From Saccostrea echinata (taxonomy: Eukaryota): a stretch of 64,000 nt of DNA. Below are positions 1 through 11,720 of this stretch, one piece after another; position 1 is the first letter of the stretch, and every line of letters starts with the position of its first letter. The DNA lies in the NCBI RefSeq assembly GCF_033153115.1, contig NW_026889765.1, positions 28,148,001 through 28,212,000 on the forward strand. The letters run 5' to 3'. Made by a program: the position numbers and the translations under genes. The notes beneath the pieces were generated by a model. That model was given only the letters and a program-made list of their open reading frames with translations. It did not search any database and had not been told where the DNA came from.

Positions 1-30
1 TGTCGTCGTTGTTGTCGTTGTCATTGTTGT

Positions 31-61
<31 letters not shown>

Positions 62-65
62 AAGG

Positions 66-99
<34 letters not shown>

Positions 100-102
100 A
101 GT

Positions 103-150
<48 letters not shown>

Positions 151-1744
151 TTCTTCCAAGGGGAGATAATTAAGAAAGATAATGAAAAATTAATGGCATC
201 ATTAAAAAATCTTCTCAAGAACCACTGTGCTTGAAAATATGAAACTTATGTGGAAGCATCCTCAGGTAGTGTAGATTCAAGTTTGTTCAAATCATGACCC
301 CTGGGGGTCGGGTGGGGCCACAATGGGTGATCAAAGTTTTACATAGGAATAATCTTTAAAAATCTTCTTCTCAAGAACAGCAAAGCCATGATTGGTCGTA
401 TTTACATGGAAGCATCCTCAGGTAGTGTAGATTCAAATTTGTTCAATTCATGACCCCCGGGGGTCGGGTGGGGCCACAATGGGTGATCAAAGTTTTACAT
501 AGGAATATATAGAAAAAATCTTTAAAAAATCTTCTTCTCAAGAACAGCAAAGCCATGATTGGTCATATTTATATGGTAGCGTCCTCAGATAGTGTAGATT
601 CAAGTTTGTTCAAATCATGACCCCCAGGGGTCAGTTGGGGCCACAATGCGCGATCAAAGTTTTACATAGGAATATATAGGAAAAATCTTTAAAAATCTTC
701 TTCTCAAGAACAGCAAAGCCATGATTGGTCATATTTACATGGAAGCATCCTCAGGTAGTGTAGATTCAAGTTTGTTCAAATCATGACCCCCGGGGGTCGG
801 GTGGGGCCACAATGGGCGATCAAAGTTTTACATAGGAATATATAGGAAAAATCTTTAAAAATCTTCTTCTCAAGAACAGCAAAGCCATGATTGGTCATAT
901 TTACATGGAAGCATCCTCAGGTAGTGTAGATTCAAGTTTGTTCAAATCATGACCCCCGGGGGTCGGGTGGGGCCACAATGGGCGATCAAAGTTTTACATA
1001 GGAATATAAAGGAAAAATCTTTAAAAAATCTTCTCAAGAACAGCAAAGCCGTGATTGGTCATATTTATATGGTAGCATCCTCAGATAGTGTAGATTCAAA
1101 TTTGTTCAAATCATGACCCCCGGGGGTCAGTTGGGGCCACAATGGGCGATCAAAGTTTTACATAGGAATATATAGGAAAAATCTTTAAAAATCTTCTTCT
1201 CAAGAACAGCATAGCCATGATTGGTCATATTTACATGGAAGCATCCTCAGGTAGTGTAGATTCAAGTTTGTTCAAATCATGACCCCCGGGGGTCGGGTGG
1301 GGCCACAATGGGTGATCAAAGTTTTACGTAGGAATATATAGGAAAAATCTTTAAAAATCTTCTTCTCAAGAACAGCAAAGCCATGATTGGTCATATTTAC
1401 ATGGAAGCATCCTCAGGTAGTGTAGATTCAAGTTTGTTCAAATCATGACCCCCGGGGGTCGGGTGGGGCCACAATGGGTGATCAAAGTTTTACATAGGAA
1501 TACATAGGTTAAATCTTTAAAAATCTTCTTCTCAAGAACAGCAAAGCCATGATTGGTCATATTTAAATGGAAGCATATGCATCCTCAGATTATTTAGATT
1601 CAAATTTGTTCAATTCATGACCCCCCCCCCCCCCCCCCAATCACTTTTTTATTTAAACTTTTCAACCTTTCAAGACTGAACTGATTTCTGCTTTTTCCTA
1701 GCCATAGTGCTCAGGTGAGCGATATGGCCCCTGGGCCTCTTGTT
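1..1744 (+). mobile_element. Non-autonomous Helentron/HINE-like element carrying ~9 tandem 166-bp satellite units (oyster Cg170-like); 5' end outside window; lies in a GPR180 intron
   Basis: GTC/GTT microsatellite at the start; 166-bp period (caagtttgttcaaatcatga at 601 and 767); terminal CAGGTGAGC...GGCCCCTGGGCCTCTTGTT hairpin end; a complete inverted relative lies at 19400-20003. Confidence 0.8.
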
Positions 1745-1765
1745 TATATCATCAGTTTATTGTTT

Positions 1766-2180
1766 GGACCTATATTTTCAGTCTTTGATGTGTTGTACCA
1801 GTTTGCTATGCTGTACATGCTTCTGACCTATATTTTCAGTCTTTGGTGTTTTGTCTCAGTTTGCTATGCTGTACAAGCTTCAATTCTGACCTATATTTTC
1901 AGTCTTTGATGTGTTGTACCAGTTTGCTATGTTGTACATGCTTCTGACCTATATTTTCAGTCTTTGATGTGTTGTCCCAGTTTGCTATGCTGTACATGCT
2001 TCAATTCTGACCTATATTTTCAGTCTTTGATGTGTTGTCTCAGTTTGCTATGCTGTACATGCTTCTGACCTATATTTTCAGTCTTTGGTGTGTTGGCTCT
2101 GTTTATTATGCTGTACATGCTTCTAACCTATATTTTCAGTCTTTGATGTGTTATCCCAGTTTGCTATGCTGTACATGCTC
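1766..2180 (+). repeat. 7-copy 58/63-bp tandem repeat made of an intron 3' end plus the first ~40 nt of a GPR180 exon
   Basis: cctatattttcAG|TCTTTG(A/G)TGT unit with acceptor G at 1781, 1839, 1902, 1960, 2023, 2081, 2139. Confidence 0.95.
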
Positions 2181-2291
2181 CTGAGTCTCAGTCTGGGCTG
2201 GACACTGGGCACCTCCTACAGATTTGCACACCTACAGATGGTCAGTCGTAAACCAGCAGCTAAAGTTGTAGGTGTACTTGGAATTGTTCAG
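2140..2291 (+). CDS. GPR180: Integral membrane protein GPR180, internal exon (upstream exons outside window)
   Basis: ttttcag|..|gtgagt; translates (V)FDVLSQFAMLYMLLSLSLGWTLG...VLGIVQ, matching the GPR180/TMEM145 'MLYLLLSLxxGWT' motif. Confidence 0.88.
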
Positions 2292-2946
2292 GTGAGTGTT
2301 ACCAGTATATGGCACACGACTGTCATGTGGTTTTGTGTGTTAAACATGAATTGGAAAACCAGAATATTTAATTAAAGTCAGAAAAGTAACCAATTTTTTT
2401 CAGTGGTCTATGTACATGAACTTGAGGGGAAATTTACAGTGTGTCTAATTAGGTACATGTAAAACATCATGCACATGTGCCTAATAATTTGAAATATCAT
2501 GAAAGAAAAATCTTTGTAGAGAACAGCCAGAAATATATTTTACATTTATTCAACATGTACAGAACTATCTGATCAGAAAGCTCTGATTGATTTTCTATCA
2601 TTGATATTTATTTTCAAATACTGGGAAATCATTAATATTTGTGGAGGTTTAATTTTCGTGGTACATATATGAAGAGACCCACAAATTCATGTGCTCCACA
2701 AAATGTAAAATTTAAAAAATTGACAATTTGACACATTTTCAACCACCACATAATCAATCCCCAAGAAAAAACCATGAATTTTTTTCTCAAACCACAAAAA
2801 ATTGACCCCACAAAAATATGTAATTTTACAGTACGTATTATAACAGTCAACTGTTTCAAGTTGTATCATGTATGTCTTAAGGCAGTTGTGTTTGTATATG
2901 GGGCTGTGTTGTTTGTTTGTTTGTATATTATTGTATTTGTTTGTAG

Positions 2947-3138
2947 GCTGTTTTGTTTGTTTGGGAGCAGATTCAGGACAGTGACCACAGGATGTACCAC
3001 GCACATCGCAGCTTTGCGGGAATAGCCCTAGTCATTTTGCGGATCCTGCTGGCAGCTTTATTTGCATGGAATCTGAATGTAACTGTGTCTTCAGAACGCA
3101 GCGCTCTACGACGAGAATTTTATAAATCATTTACAAAG
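2947..3138 (+). CDS. GPR180: GPR180 internal exon
   Basis: tgtag|..|gtacc, 192 nt, phase 0/0; AVLFVWEQIQDSDHRMYHAHRSFAGIALVILRILL...SERSALRREFYKSFTK resembles GPR180 (LLWEQ..YHSH..AGILLIVLR..ERSTLKREFY). Confidence 0.92.
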
Positions 3139-4074
3139 GTACCTTTTTACTTCTTGATTAAATGTTTTAAAACATAAAACATATGTGTATGTGCATATAT
3201 TTATAACCCTCATTCCCTCCGCTTGAGAAGTGGGTAGGGGGTATATTTAGTGATGGAGCTGTCCGTCCTTAACACTTGGGGGTACCCATCTCTTATCTGC
3301 AACTCCTATATCATGGAATAAAATTTAATAAGACCCTCACAGATTCTTTATTGCATAGTGTCATTGTGCATCTCATATTTTGCATTTGGACATTTGGGGT
3401 TTCTCGGAACAAAACATAAACACTGCCATTATTTCTATAACATTGAGGGTACCCATCTCTTATCCCTAACTTCTCTTATGCCACTGAATAATGAGACTTT
3501 CAAAAAATCATTATTTCATAGTGCCATTGTGCACCTCCTATTTTCTGGTTTTAATCGGACAGAAATTTCGGGTTTTCCATAGCAAAACATGGACATGCCA
3601 TTCTTCCTATAAAATAGGGGTACCCATCTCTTATTCGCAACTCCTCCTATACCAATGAATAAAATTTAATGAGACTTTTTAACAAAATCTTCATTACATA
3701 GTGCCAATGTGCACATCTTTTGCACAAATTTCATTCGATTTGACAGAAATTTGGGGATTCCCATAGCAAAACATGGTCACTTTCTTTCTATAAAATTGGG
3801 GGTGTCCATGTCTTATCTGCAATTCCTCTATACCAATGAAATAAATGAATAAAATTTGATGAGACTTTCACAAAACTTTCTTACTTCTTGTCTCAATCAG
3901 ACAGATATTTTGGGTTTCTCATAGGTAAACCTGGACATTGCCATTCTATAACATGGGGGGTTGGGGGGGGGGGGGGTTGGGGTTACCCACCTCTTATCTG
4001 CTAGTTGAAAAAGTTGTTCTGAATTCTATTTGTAGTATTTTAATTATTTAATGAGCACTGGTTTTATTTTACAG

Positions 4075-4152
4075 AGCTGTATGCTTTGGTTTTTATGCTA
4101 TCCACTTTTAGTTGTCCTGTCCTGGATATTCTATGAATATCTTCGTTATAAG
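4075..4152 (+). CDS. GPR180: GPR180 internal exon
   Basis: ttacag|..|gtatgt, 78 nt, phase 0/0; SCMLWFLCYPLLVVLSWIFYEYLRYK. Confidence 0.9.
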
Positions 4153-4342
4153 GTATGTTGATGTATTATAGTAAGGTGCTTCAATCTCAACATTTCAATA
4201 TGTTAAAAAGTGATAAAAACTAATTGAACATACTGTATGATATTTTATTTAGGATTTTCACCATGGGACTCTCCAAGGTTTAAGAATCCAGCACTAATTT
4301 AAATACATTACCACTTTCAGACTTTAGTTACTAAGTATAGTT

Positions 4343-4790
4343 CATCCTCACAATGTCAAGGTTTTGTGATTTCGGAACTCCACACATACCCTTGACATAA
4401 GTTGTTATTTAAAAGTTTGGCTTGCGGTTACACATGACGTAATGGGTAATTATAAACTAACCAATGAGAATTTATTCTTCAAATCCATCGTTATCAAATT
4501 GCTCAACTCCAGAGCACATCTTTTGTGATTGTAAGGAGGATGATCTTCAAAATCCCCGATGTTAATCATTTAAAGTAACTAGTCACAAATCCTACAATAT
4601 TGACACTTTCCATTTTAAAGACGAGTCATATTTGTTTCCGAAACTTATCGATAATAAAAGCTGTTTTGTGATCAGTCCTAGACCAGGAACAAATGAAATA
4701 GTAGCTTTCTAGCCCAATTTTTAAATAGCGACTTATGGCAAGGGTTAGTGTGGAGTTCCGAAATCACAAAACCTTGACATTGTGAGGATG
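4343..4790. mobile_element. MITE with ~43-bp perfect (~80-bp imperfect) TIRs and 9-bp TSD
   Basis: CATCCTCACAATGTCAAGGTTTTGTGATTTCGGAACTCCACAC and its reverse complement; AGTATAGTT at 4334-4342 and 4791-4799. Confidence 0.9.
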
Positions 4791-5094
4791 AGTATAGTTT
4801 GACTCAGTCTCACTCATTCTAAACATGGTTATTTCAGTTGTCTGGACCTTTTTTATCAACTAACATAGTTATTGTAATAATTAAGAATTAAAGATGAAGT
4901 TGCAAAACAACATGAAGATCATATAGGTCCAATTTACTATATTAATGGTTGAAATTTAGAACAATTTCATTTTTATTAATTTTTTAAGTTTACCTGAGAC
5001 AAAAGCTTAAAGTTTGTTCAAATCATGGCCCCCAATGGCTTGATACAAATGTAATTTCTCCATATGCTGATTCTGTGATTTTTCTGTGTTCCAG

Positions 5095-5250
5095 CTAATC
5101 ACTATGGGCGTGGTCTTATGTCAGTGCTGTGCTGTGGGCATGTTGTACAAATTGTTCTTCTCTAGAAGCCTGTACTGGGAAATATCTGCACTCTCCAGCA
5201 CACTTCCACTGAGAATGGACAGAACTTTAGGACATAAACTGTACTCCTGA
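5095..5250 (+). CDS. GPR180: GPR180 last coding exon
   Basis: ttccag|LITMGVVLCQCCAVGMLYKLFFSRSLYWEISALSSTLPLRMDRTLGHKLYS*; SLYWEhSxLS..TLPL is the GPR180 C-terminal motif; AATAAA near 6538 and 6701. Confidence 0.92.
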   Translation, partial: LITMGVVLCQCCAVGMLYKLFFSRSLYWEISALSSTLPLRMDRTLGHKLYS

Positions 5251-6929
5251 CCAATCTTTTGGTCATTCACTGTAGTCCTTATCAAACTTCAGGACATAGA
5301 TTGTATTTTTGTCAGGTTTTGTGCTTGAATTTTTTTTAATATGTGCCTGTATTTATTGCATTAAAGAGAGACATTTTTGGTCAAGGGCTTTGGGTAGCAT
5401 TTTTCTTTCAAAAAATGAAGCTTAATGCACTTCACATTTCTTTCTTAATGTTTTTGTGCTTTGTTATAAAATTATATACCTGATCAGATACATGTGTATC
5501 AAATGCTTATTTAAAATTTGAGAACAGCAGTCTGCCAAATACAAATTGAAATATATTTTGATACATGTACATGTATACAATGATGTGCACACTTAATTAT
5601 GCATTAAAAAAGAATCATATTACTTTTCTACATGAAATGGGTAAAACTTGAAGTGCATAGTATCTGTAAATTAATGTTGCTTAAATTTCATTAATGGCAT
5701 GCATCTAATTTATATTTAATACTCAAAGTAGATCAGAATATAGTATACTTGCATTCAAATTTGAACAAAATGTGAATGTGAGTATCACAAGATACATTGT
5801 CTGGTTATATATTTATACCCCAGCCGAACTAAATTGAGTATATATATAAAAGAAAGAAAAATTAAATTGGTGGTAGGAAGTGCATGGATTCATTATACAT
5901 TTTCATGCCTTGTTTTTGCACTCACTGCTCATAAGAGTGTCTTTATAATGTTACATGACTTTTATGATACTGTATACAGTACTGTGCACTAGAATACATT
6001 TTTATTTTCACTGTCATCCATAAGTGGCAGATTTGAAAACTCAGCTTATTAAAGGTGAAATGCTGTAATTACGGATTTACAATTACATGTATTAGTTGAA
6101 TGTTGAATTTGCATTAGCAAAATTTAAGTTAGTTGACACTGGTTTTCTGTTTGCATGAATTTTATTTCATTTATTTTGTAAGTTGCCAAAACAAGAAATC
6201 ATGCCTTTTAAAATTCTTTGTTTACATGGTTAGGATAAAGCCTGTGTATGGAAACATGTTGAATGGTAAACCTGACATAAGTGTGTTTTCTTGTAAAATT
6301 TGCATGGCTGTTGAATGGAGTGTTTATGTACAATTTTTTGTACATGTATCTACATGTGCATTATGAACATTTATATGAAGTGAGGTATACTAAAAAATTG
6401 TATGTATGCTACTAAAAGGGCTTGTAGTTTATGAATGCTCTGATCGAGTGCTTTGTACATTAAATCTGAAGGGAGATTAATTCAAATTATTTAAGCACAC
6501 CAGAGGAAAAGCCTGTGTACACAGTATATGTATATTGAATAAAATATTCATTGTATAAAAAGAGTGTAAATGTGTGTGAAGAAGAAATGTAACTGTATGT
6601 AATAACTATGTAAGTGTGTTTGTTGTAACATCTAATTGTGTTCATGATATCATTGATAAACTGTGGTTGTACAAGTCATTATCAAGTTATTTAAAATTAA
6701 AATAAATTTTATGAATCTTTTACGTTGTAATTGCTGAAAAATGTGCTTAAAAGGCAATTGAATGGTTTACATAGTTTGGGTGGTTTTACTTTTTGTATAC
6801 TGTGAAATTAATTTCATCACAGGCACCTGTTTCTGTAATAAATAGTTTGTAATGCTGTGGGTTAAAAATTTATTACAAAACAAGTGCCTGTGGTTTTCAT
6901 GGTGAAAAGACCACAAATTTATATTTATA

Positions 6930-7310
6930 TTTAACTGTGACATCCTACAATGTGGCCTAAATTGATTGTGCTTCTACTTAGGTAGCCTATATTGACTGAT
7001 GTCCTACACTATTGCCTATATTGACTGTTACATCATACATTAAAGCCTAATTTGACTATATCTACTACAGTCTAAATTGGCTGCAACATCCTAAACTTAT
7101 GGCTAAATTGACAAAAGTCCTACATATTGCCTAAATTGCCTGTGACAACCAAAACTAAATTGTTTGTGACATTGTACACTACTGCCTAAATTGACTGTGA
7201 CATCCTATGCTATTGCCCAAATTGAATGTGGCATCTATACTATAGCCTATATTTACTGTGACATCCTACATTACAACCTATATTGACTGTGTTATTCTAT
7301 ATGGTAGCTA
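6930..7310. repeat. Degenerate ~31-bp minisatellite
   Basis: repeated ttgactgtgacatcctacactattgcctata-like units. Confidence 0.8.
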
Positions 7311-8213
7311 ACATTTATAATCTATTTCAATAATTCTATCACAGGGAAGCCGAATTATTTTCCTTAAAAATTACAGTGTTTCCAAATGATACCCACTCAA
7401 ATGCTGAATCCAGACCAACATACACATTAAAAGAGAGTTTATATATGAGTTACGTGAATTAGAAATTTGTTACAAAAAGACTTAATAGGTGTATGAAAGA
7501 AGTTTTGAAATCAAGTACAAATACAGTTGAATTTCAATACTGAGAATGAAAAGGAAGTCGTAATTCACAAACACTTTTTTACTGTTTTTTAACCTCAATA
7601 TCTTGAATCCTCCAATATCTCTGGGTTTTTTCTCGTCTTTCTAGATTAAAAGAGAAACCGTGTAATGGTATCGTATCAGAGTTGCAGCTTTTTAGTCTTT
7701 TATTCTAATTTTTACTATTAATTTCATTTGTATGCTCCAGGTTCAAAAAGCCTCTTCTCTAAATTTTTATTTAATCAAATATTCATGTAAATAGTTCATA
7801 TAAGCTTTGATAAACTTACATACGTATTTTCAAAAATAATGCCAAATTGACTTTAATTTCTGCTTTAAACCAGCAAAAAATCACTTTTATCATCATATCT
7901 TCATTTTAGCAAAAATCAAAAAACACCAAAATGGAAGACTGCATTTTTATATAATTCTTCCTCACATGACTTAGATATAAATTCAATAAATCATAAGTCT
8001 TCATACTGCACAGACTACTACATGTATAAATTTTGTCTTTGTCGTACTTCTCATGAACACTCCCTAGGATCCACCTCTTGTTTATATCAGTACGTGTTGT
8101 GTGGTATGTTGATGGTCCTTTATTACCATCTCCTATCTCAGTCATCTCCTCAAAACTAAGTCACCTCCTCATAACTAGGTCACCTCCTCCTATCTGTGTC
8201 ACCTCTATTTCTG

Positions 8214-8809
8214 TCACCTCCTCCTGTCCCTATAATTATCACTGTATCTATCCCTGGGGGACCTGTCCCTTCGACGAGGTGAATACTCCCTAACTTGTCT
8301 AATTGGAGATCGATCTCGAGTTCTGGGCTTCGGGGAATAATCTCTGTCTCTATCTCTCCTGTACGGAGGAGAATTCTCTCGTCGCCTAGGTGACTCCTTG
8401 TTTCTTTCTCTATCCCCTCTGTGTGGAGGGGACTGTTCTCGCCGTCTGGGTGATTCCCTGTCTTTTCGTCTGGGGGAAAAGTCTCTACCTCTTGGTGATC
8501 TGTCCCTGTATCTATCATCTCTGTATCTGGGTCTGTCTAATGAAGATCCAGTATCTCTATCCCTACCTTGTTCTCTATACCTCACTGGAGATCCTTCTCT
8601 ATCCTTTAAGTCTCTATCACTCTCTTTTCTCCTATCTATTGATGACTGTTGTCTTTGATTTTTAGTTTGTTCTTTATCAGGTAATTCTTTTGTGCTTTGG
8701 GATTTTTCACTCCTTCTTTTATTCTTGATTTTGCTAGAGTCTTCACTATCACTGTCCGACTTCTGCTTCTTCATCTTATTTTTCTTTTTCTTCTTCTTTG
8801 CCTTTTTCT
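8214..8809 (-). CDS. RBMX2: RBMX2 exon 5 (Lys-rich plus RS/SP-repeat tail)
   Basis: acceptor ttaacag, phase 1; EKKAKKKKK...RSPR..SPRRR...RDRRR*. Confidence 0.88.
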
Positions 8810-9411
8810 CTGTTAATACGGAAGTATCATTTATCAAATCTTCTTTCAATAAATTCATGAATTGACAGTGCATTTACTTATAAGAAGAATTACCAGCAAA
8901 TGCATCATTAATATTGTAAAATTACCTATCAAATCCATAAAAAAGGGTACCTTGTGAACTAAATGATTAAAGTTTTCGTAATATTTATTAGACTTGTGGC
9001 ATGCATGTATCATTAAAAAATACAACGAGTAATAATAGCTAGTGTATTACTGACATAAGTAAGATAATTAGGTAACTCTCTTGTATTTAAGGTACACTAT
9101 GTCTCTGAATTGAGGACCAATGACAGGGGAAAAAATATGGTATATGGATCAAGTTTGAGGTAGTGGATTTTGGTTGACGTACAAAGAAGTATGAAAATTT
9201 TGCAAAAATGATTCATTATCAATACAGATCACACTGACAAGAATAAGGAATTGCAAAAAATCTTGCATTTTTGTTTACCCTTGAAACATCATACCTAAAA
9301 TTCTTCTCTATATTGCATTCACTCATACAGAGCAAAAAACATCAAAGTCCAAAAAAAAGAGAGCACACTCAAGAGGAACTACCCTTGTGAATCATGATCA
9401 AAGTTACTAAC

Positions 9412-9592
9412 CTTTTTTGTTTTTCTTCACTGGTATAGTATAATCCTCTTCCTCAGAATCACTGTCCTCGTCCTCTACTTTGGGGGCAATCCCCTCCAGC
9501 CTCAGTTTCTTTGTTACCTCATCCTCATCCCCATGCTCTTTGGGGACTTTGTAATTTTCCACATGATCTACACGAATGGTTCTTCCTAAGAG
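9412..9592 (-). CDS. RBMX2: RBMX2 exon 4
   Basis: LLGRTIRVDHVENYKVPKE...; cag|..|gttag, phase 0/1. Confidence 0.93.
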
Positions 9593-9826
9593 CTGTATGT
9601 AAACAAACAAATGGACTGTTATTATCCATTTTTAACAGGCTAACTCATAGATTTTGCATCCCCTACTTAAGGAAAAATATGCAGATGGAGAAAGAAAAAA
9701 CGATCAACCTTCAACTTTCAGCTTTTGGCCTTGAAGTCAATAGGGGTCTTTAATGAGTAAAAGAAATTCATGACCTTATGTTTCTCTAACATGATAATAT
9801 CCAAAACTTAAGAGATTTCAGCTTAC

Positions 9827-9956
9827 CTTGATTCCATTCAGGTTATCTACAGCTAGTACAGTGCTCCTCTGATCTTCATAACAAATGAAGCAAAATCCAC
9901 GAGACTTTCCCGTCTTTCCATCTCTCACCAAGTTGATATTCACCAATTCGCCATAT
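9827..9956 (-). CDS. RBMX2: RBMX2 exon 3 (RRM, RNP1)
   Basis: [43 protein letters not shown]; taag|..|gtaag. Confidence 0.95.
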
Positions 9957-10082
9957 CTTACAGAAAATAAAAGATTTAATTTAGATGTATCCATAGAATT
10001 TAGTAGGTTATTAAATATTTATTGAATAATTCACTGTATTCATCATGTAAAGTAACTGGTTAATACACATATAATATAATTA

Positions 10083-10258
10083 CAGTCAAACCTCATTATC
10101 TCGAATTTGATGGGACCGAGAAAAAAACTTTCAGATATCTGAGGGTTCGAGATATCTAACTTAAAAGACTTAAAAATTAAGTGGTTGGGACTTCCAAATC
10201 AATTTGACATATCCATGGTATTTGAGATATCCATATTCTAGATATCAAAGTTCAACTG
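10083..10258. mobile_element. Tc1/mariner-like MITE (degenerate)
   Basis: TA|CAGTCAAAC...GTTCAACTG imperfect TIRs; internal GATATC repeats. Confidence 0.55.
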
Positions 10259-10325
10259 TTTGATTATATTTACAATAGAAATGTACAATTGTATGAAAAC
10301 AAACCATAACGTAATGACTACTAAC

Positions 10326-10484
10326 TGTGAGAACACTGCTATTACATCTCCCTCTGTCAGGTCATAGGGAAGTCCCCCGATAAAGATCCATGCACTGTCC
10401 TTGTACTGGTCATGCCATGATTTCTTCCCTACTAGACCTAACTCTAGTTCTCTCTCATTCATCTTCTGAACATTTTTTATGTTT
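10326..10484 (-). CDS. RBMX2: RBMX2 exon 2 (RRM, RNP2)
   Basis: NIKNVQKMNERELELG...SWHDQYKDSAWIFIGGLPYDLTEGDVIAVFSQ; phase 2/2. Confidence 0.95.
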
Positions 10485-10594
10485 CTGTTAAACAAATTCT
10501 GCAGATATGAGCATTAATTCTGATGGATAGTTTTTTTTCAAATGAAAATCTAGGATAAATTTTGAACTTATGATTTCAACATTAAAATGCATAC

Positions 10595-11213
10595 TGTAGT
10601 GAAGTTGCATATGTAAATATATCCCCTGTGACCTTTCACCCTGACCTCATAGCCACCCACCCGTGCCGGCACGCTTCCCACATCAGTCGAGTCCTGCCAG
10701 TCTACCTATTCACCACGTTACCTGTTATTCTTGTGTTTGTTGCATGTACCCGTGTTTACCCAACATGTAAACCTGGGTGTTTCGTCGTCACCTTATACTA
10801 AAGTAGGCGACATTATTAGTAAAATCCCCTAATTTTACTACATTGGCGTTGCCGGTAGGATTTCCATGTCATATTAAATAATAGTCATATATTTTCGGCT
10901 TACATTCCTCTAGTAAGTAAATTACAACATTTGCCCCTTGCTTTATTAAATAAAACGGGAAGGAATGTAGTGAAATTGCATATGTAAATATATCCCCTGT
11001 GACCTTTCACCCTGACCTCATAGCCACCCACCCGTGCCGGCACGCTTCCCACATCAGTCGAGTCCTGCCAGTCTACCTATTCACCACGTTACCTGTTATT
11101 CTTGTGTTTGTTGCATGTACCCGTGTTTACCCAACACGTAAACCTGGGTGTTTCGTCGTCACCTTATACTAAGGTAGGCGACATTATTAGTAAAATCCCC
11201 TAATTTTATTACA
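10595..11213 (+). mobile_element. Miniature LTR retrotransposon (TRIM), 619 bp, in RBMX2 intron 1
   Basis: two 248-bp TG...CA LTRs (10595-10842, 10966-11213) differing at 4 sites; PBS TGGCGTTGCCGGTAGGATT; PPT AAAACGGGAAGGAA; TSD ATAC. Confidence 0.93.
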
Positions 11214-11544
11214 ATACTTATAGACAAAAATTTGGTCTTTGAAAAGAAAGCTTTGATTTACATACATGCCATTGGTATATTATACATACTGTAAAACAGT
11301 TTTTAAACTGAAGCTGATGTTTTATCGAAAATTTTCTCACATAAACTCGGCGGAAAATAAAGTAGTTTAAACAAAATATTCATAAAATAAACATCATCAA
11401 GTTACAATTACTTTTTCGAATTTCCTCTGAAATCGTAAACATCCCTGAGTTTGCTCTGAATCACCATCTATAAATGTTACATTTAATTTCAATGGATTAA
11501 TCGTTGCTAACTTATGTTATATAATTAAAAATAAAGTATATTAC

Positions 11545-11558
11545 GTTAGAGGGTTCAT
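11545..11558 (-). CDS. RBMX2: RBMX2 exon 1 (MNPLT)
   Basis: ATG AAC CCT CTA AC|gtaa; MNPLT is the conserved RBMX2 N-terminus and the phase fits exon 2. Confidence 0.9.
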
Positions 11559-11599
11559 GATGCCAGGCAGCAAAATGTCTATTTCTTCTATCAACGTTA

Positions 11600-11720
11600 C
11601 TTCTCTAAAAACCCTCACTTGAAGACTTCCGGTTTTCGGGTGCAAGACATGTCGTACGTTTTTGAATTTGGTGGGTCAGTGTAACATTAGTCCCCATACA
11701 CTCAGGCGACACATCGTTGA
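11600..11720 (-). promoter_or_regulatory. Probable RBMX2 proximal promoter with ETS-type CCGGAAGT site
   Basis: ACTTCCGG at 11625-11632, ~70 bp upstream of the ATG. Confidence 0.45.

Noticed and set aside
1715-1909. 64-aa hydrophobic ORF
   Set aside because: Arises from the Helentron end plus duplicated GPR180 exon starts; not an independent gene.
8180-8665. Overlapping ORFs (8180-8518 minus; 8390-8665 and 8398-8658 plus)
   Set aside because: Shadow frames of the low-complexity RBMX2 last exon.
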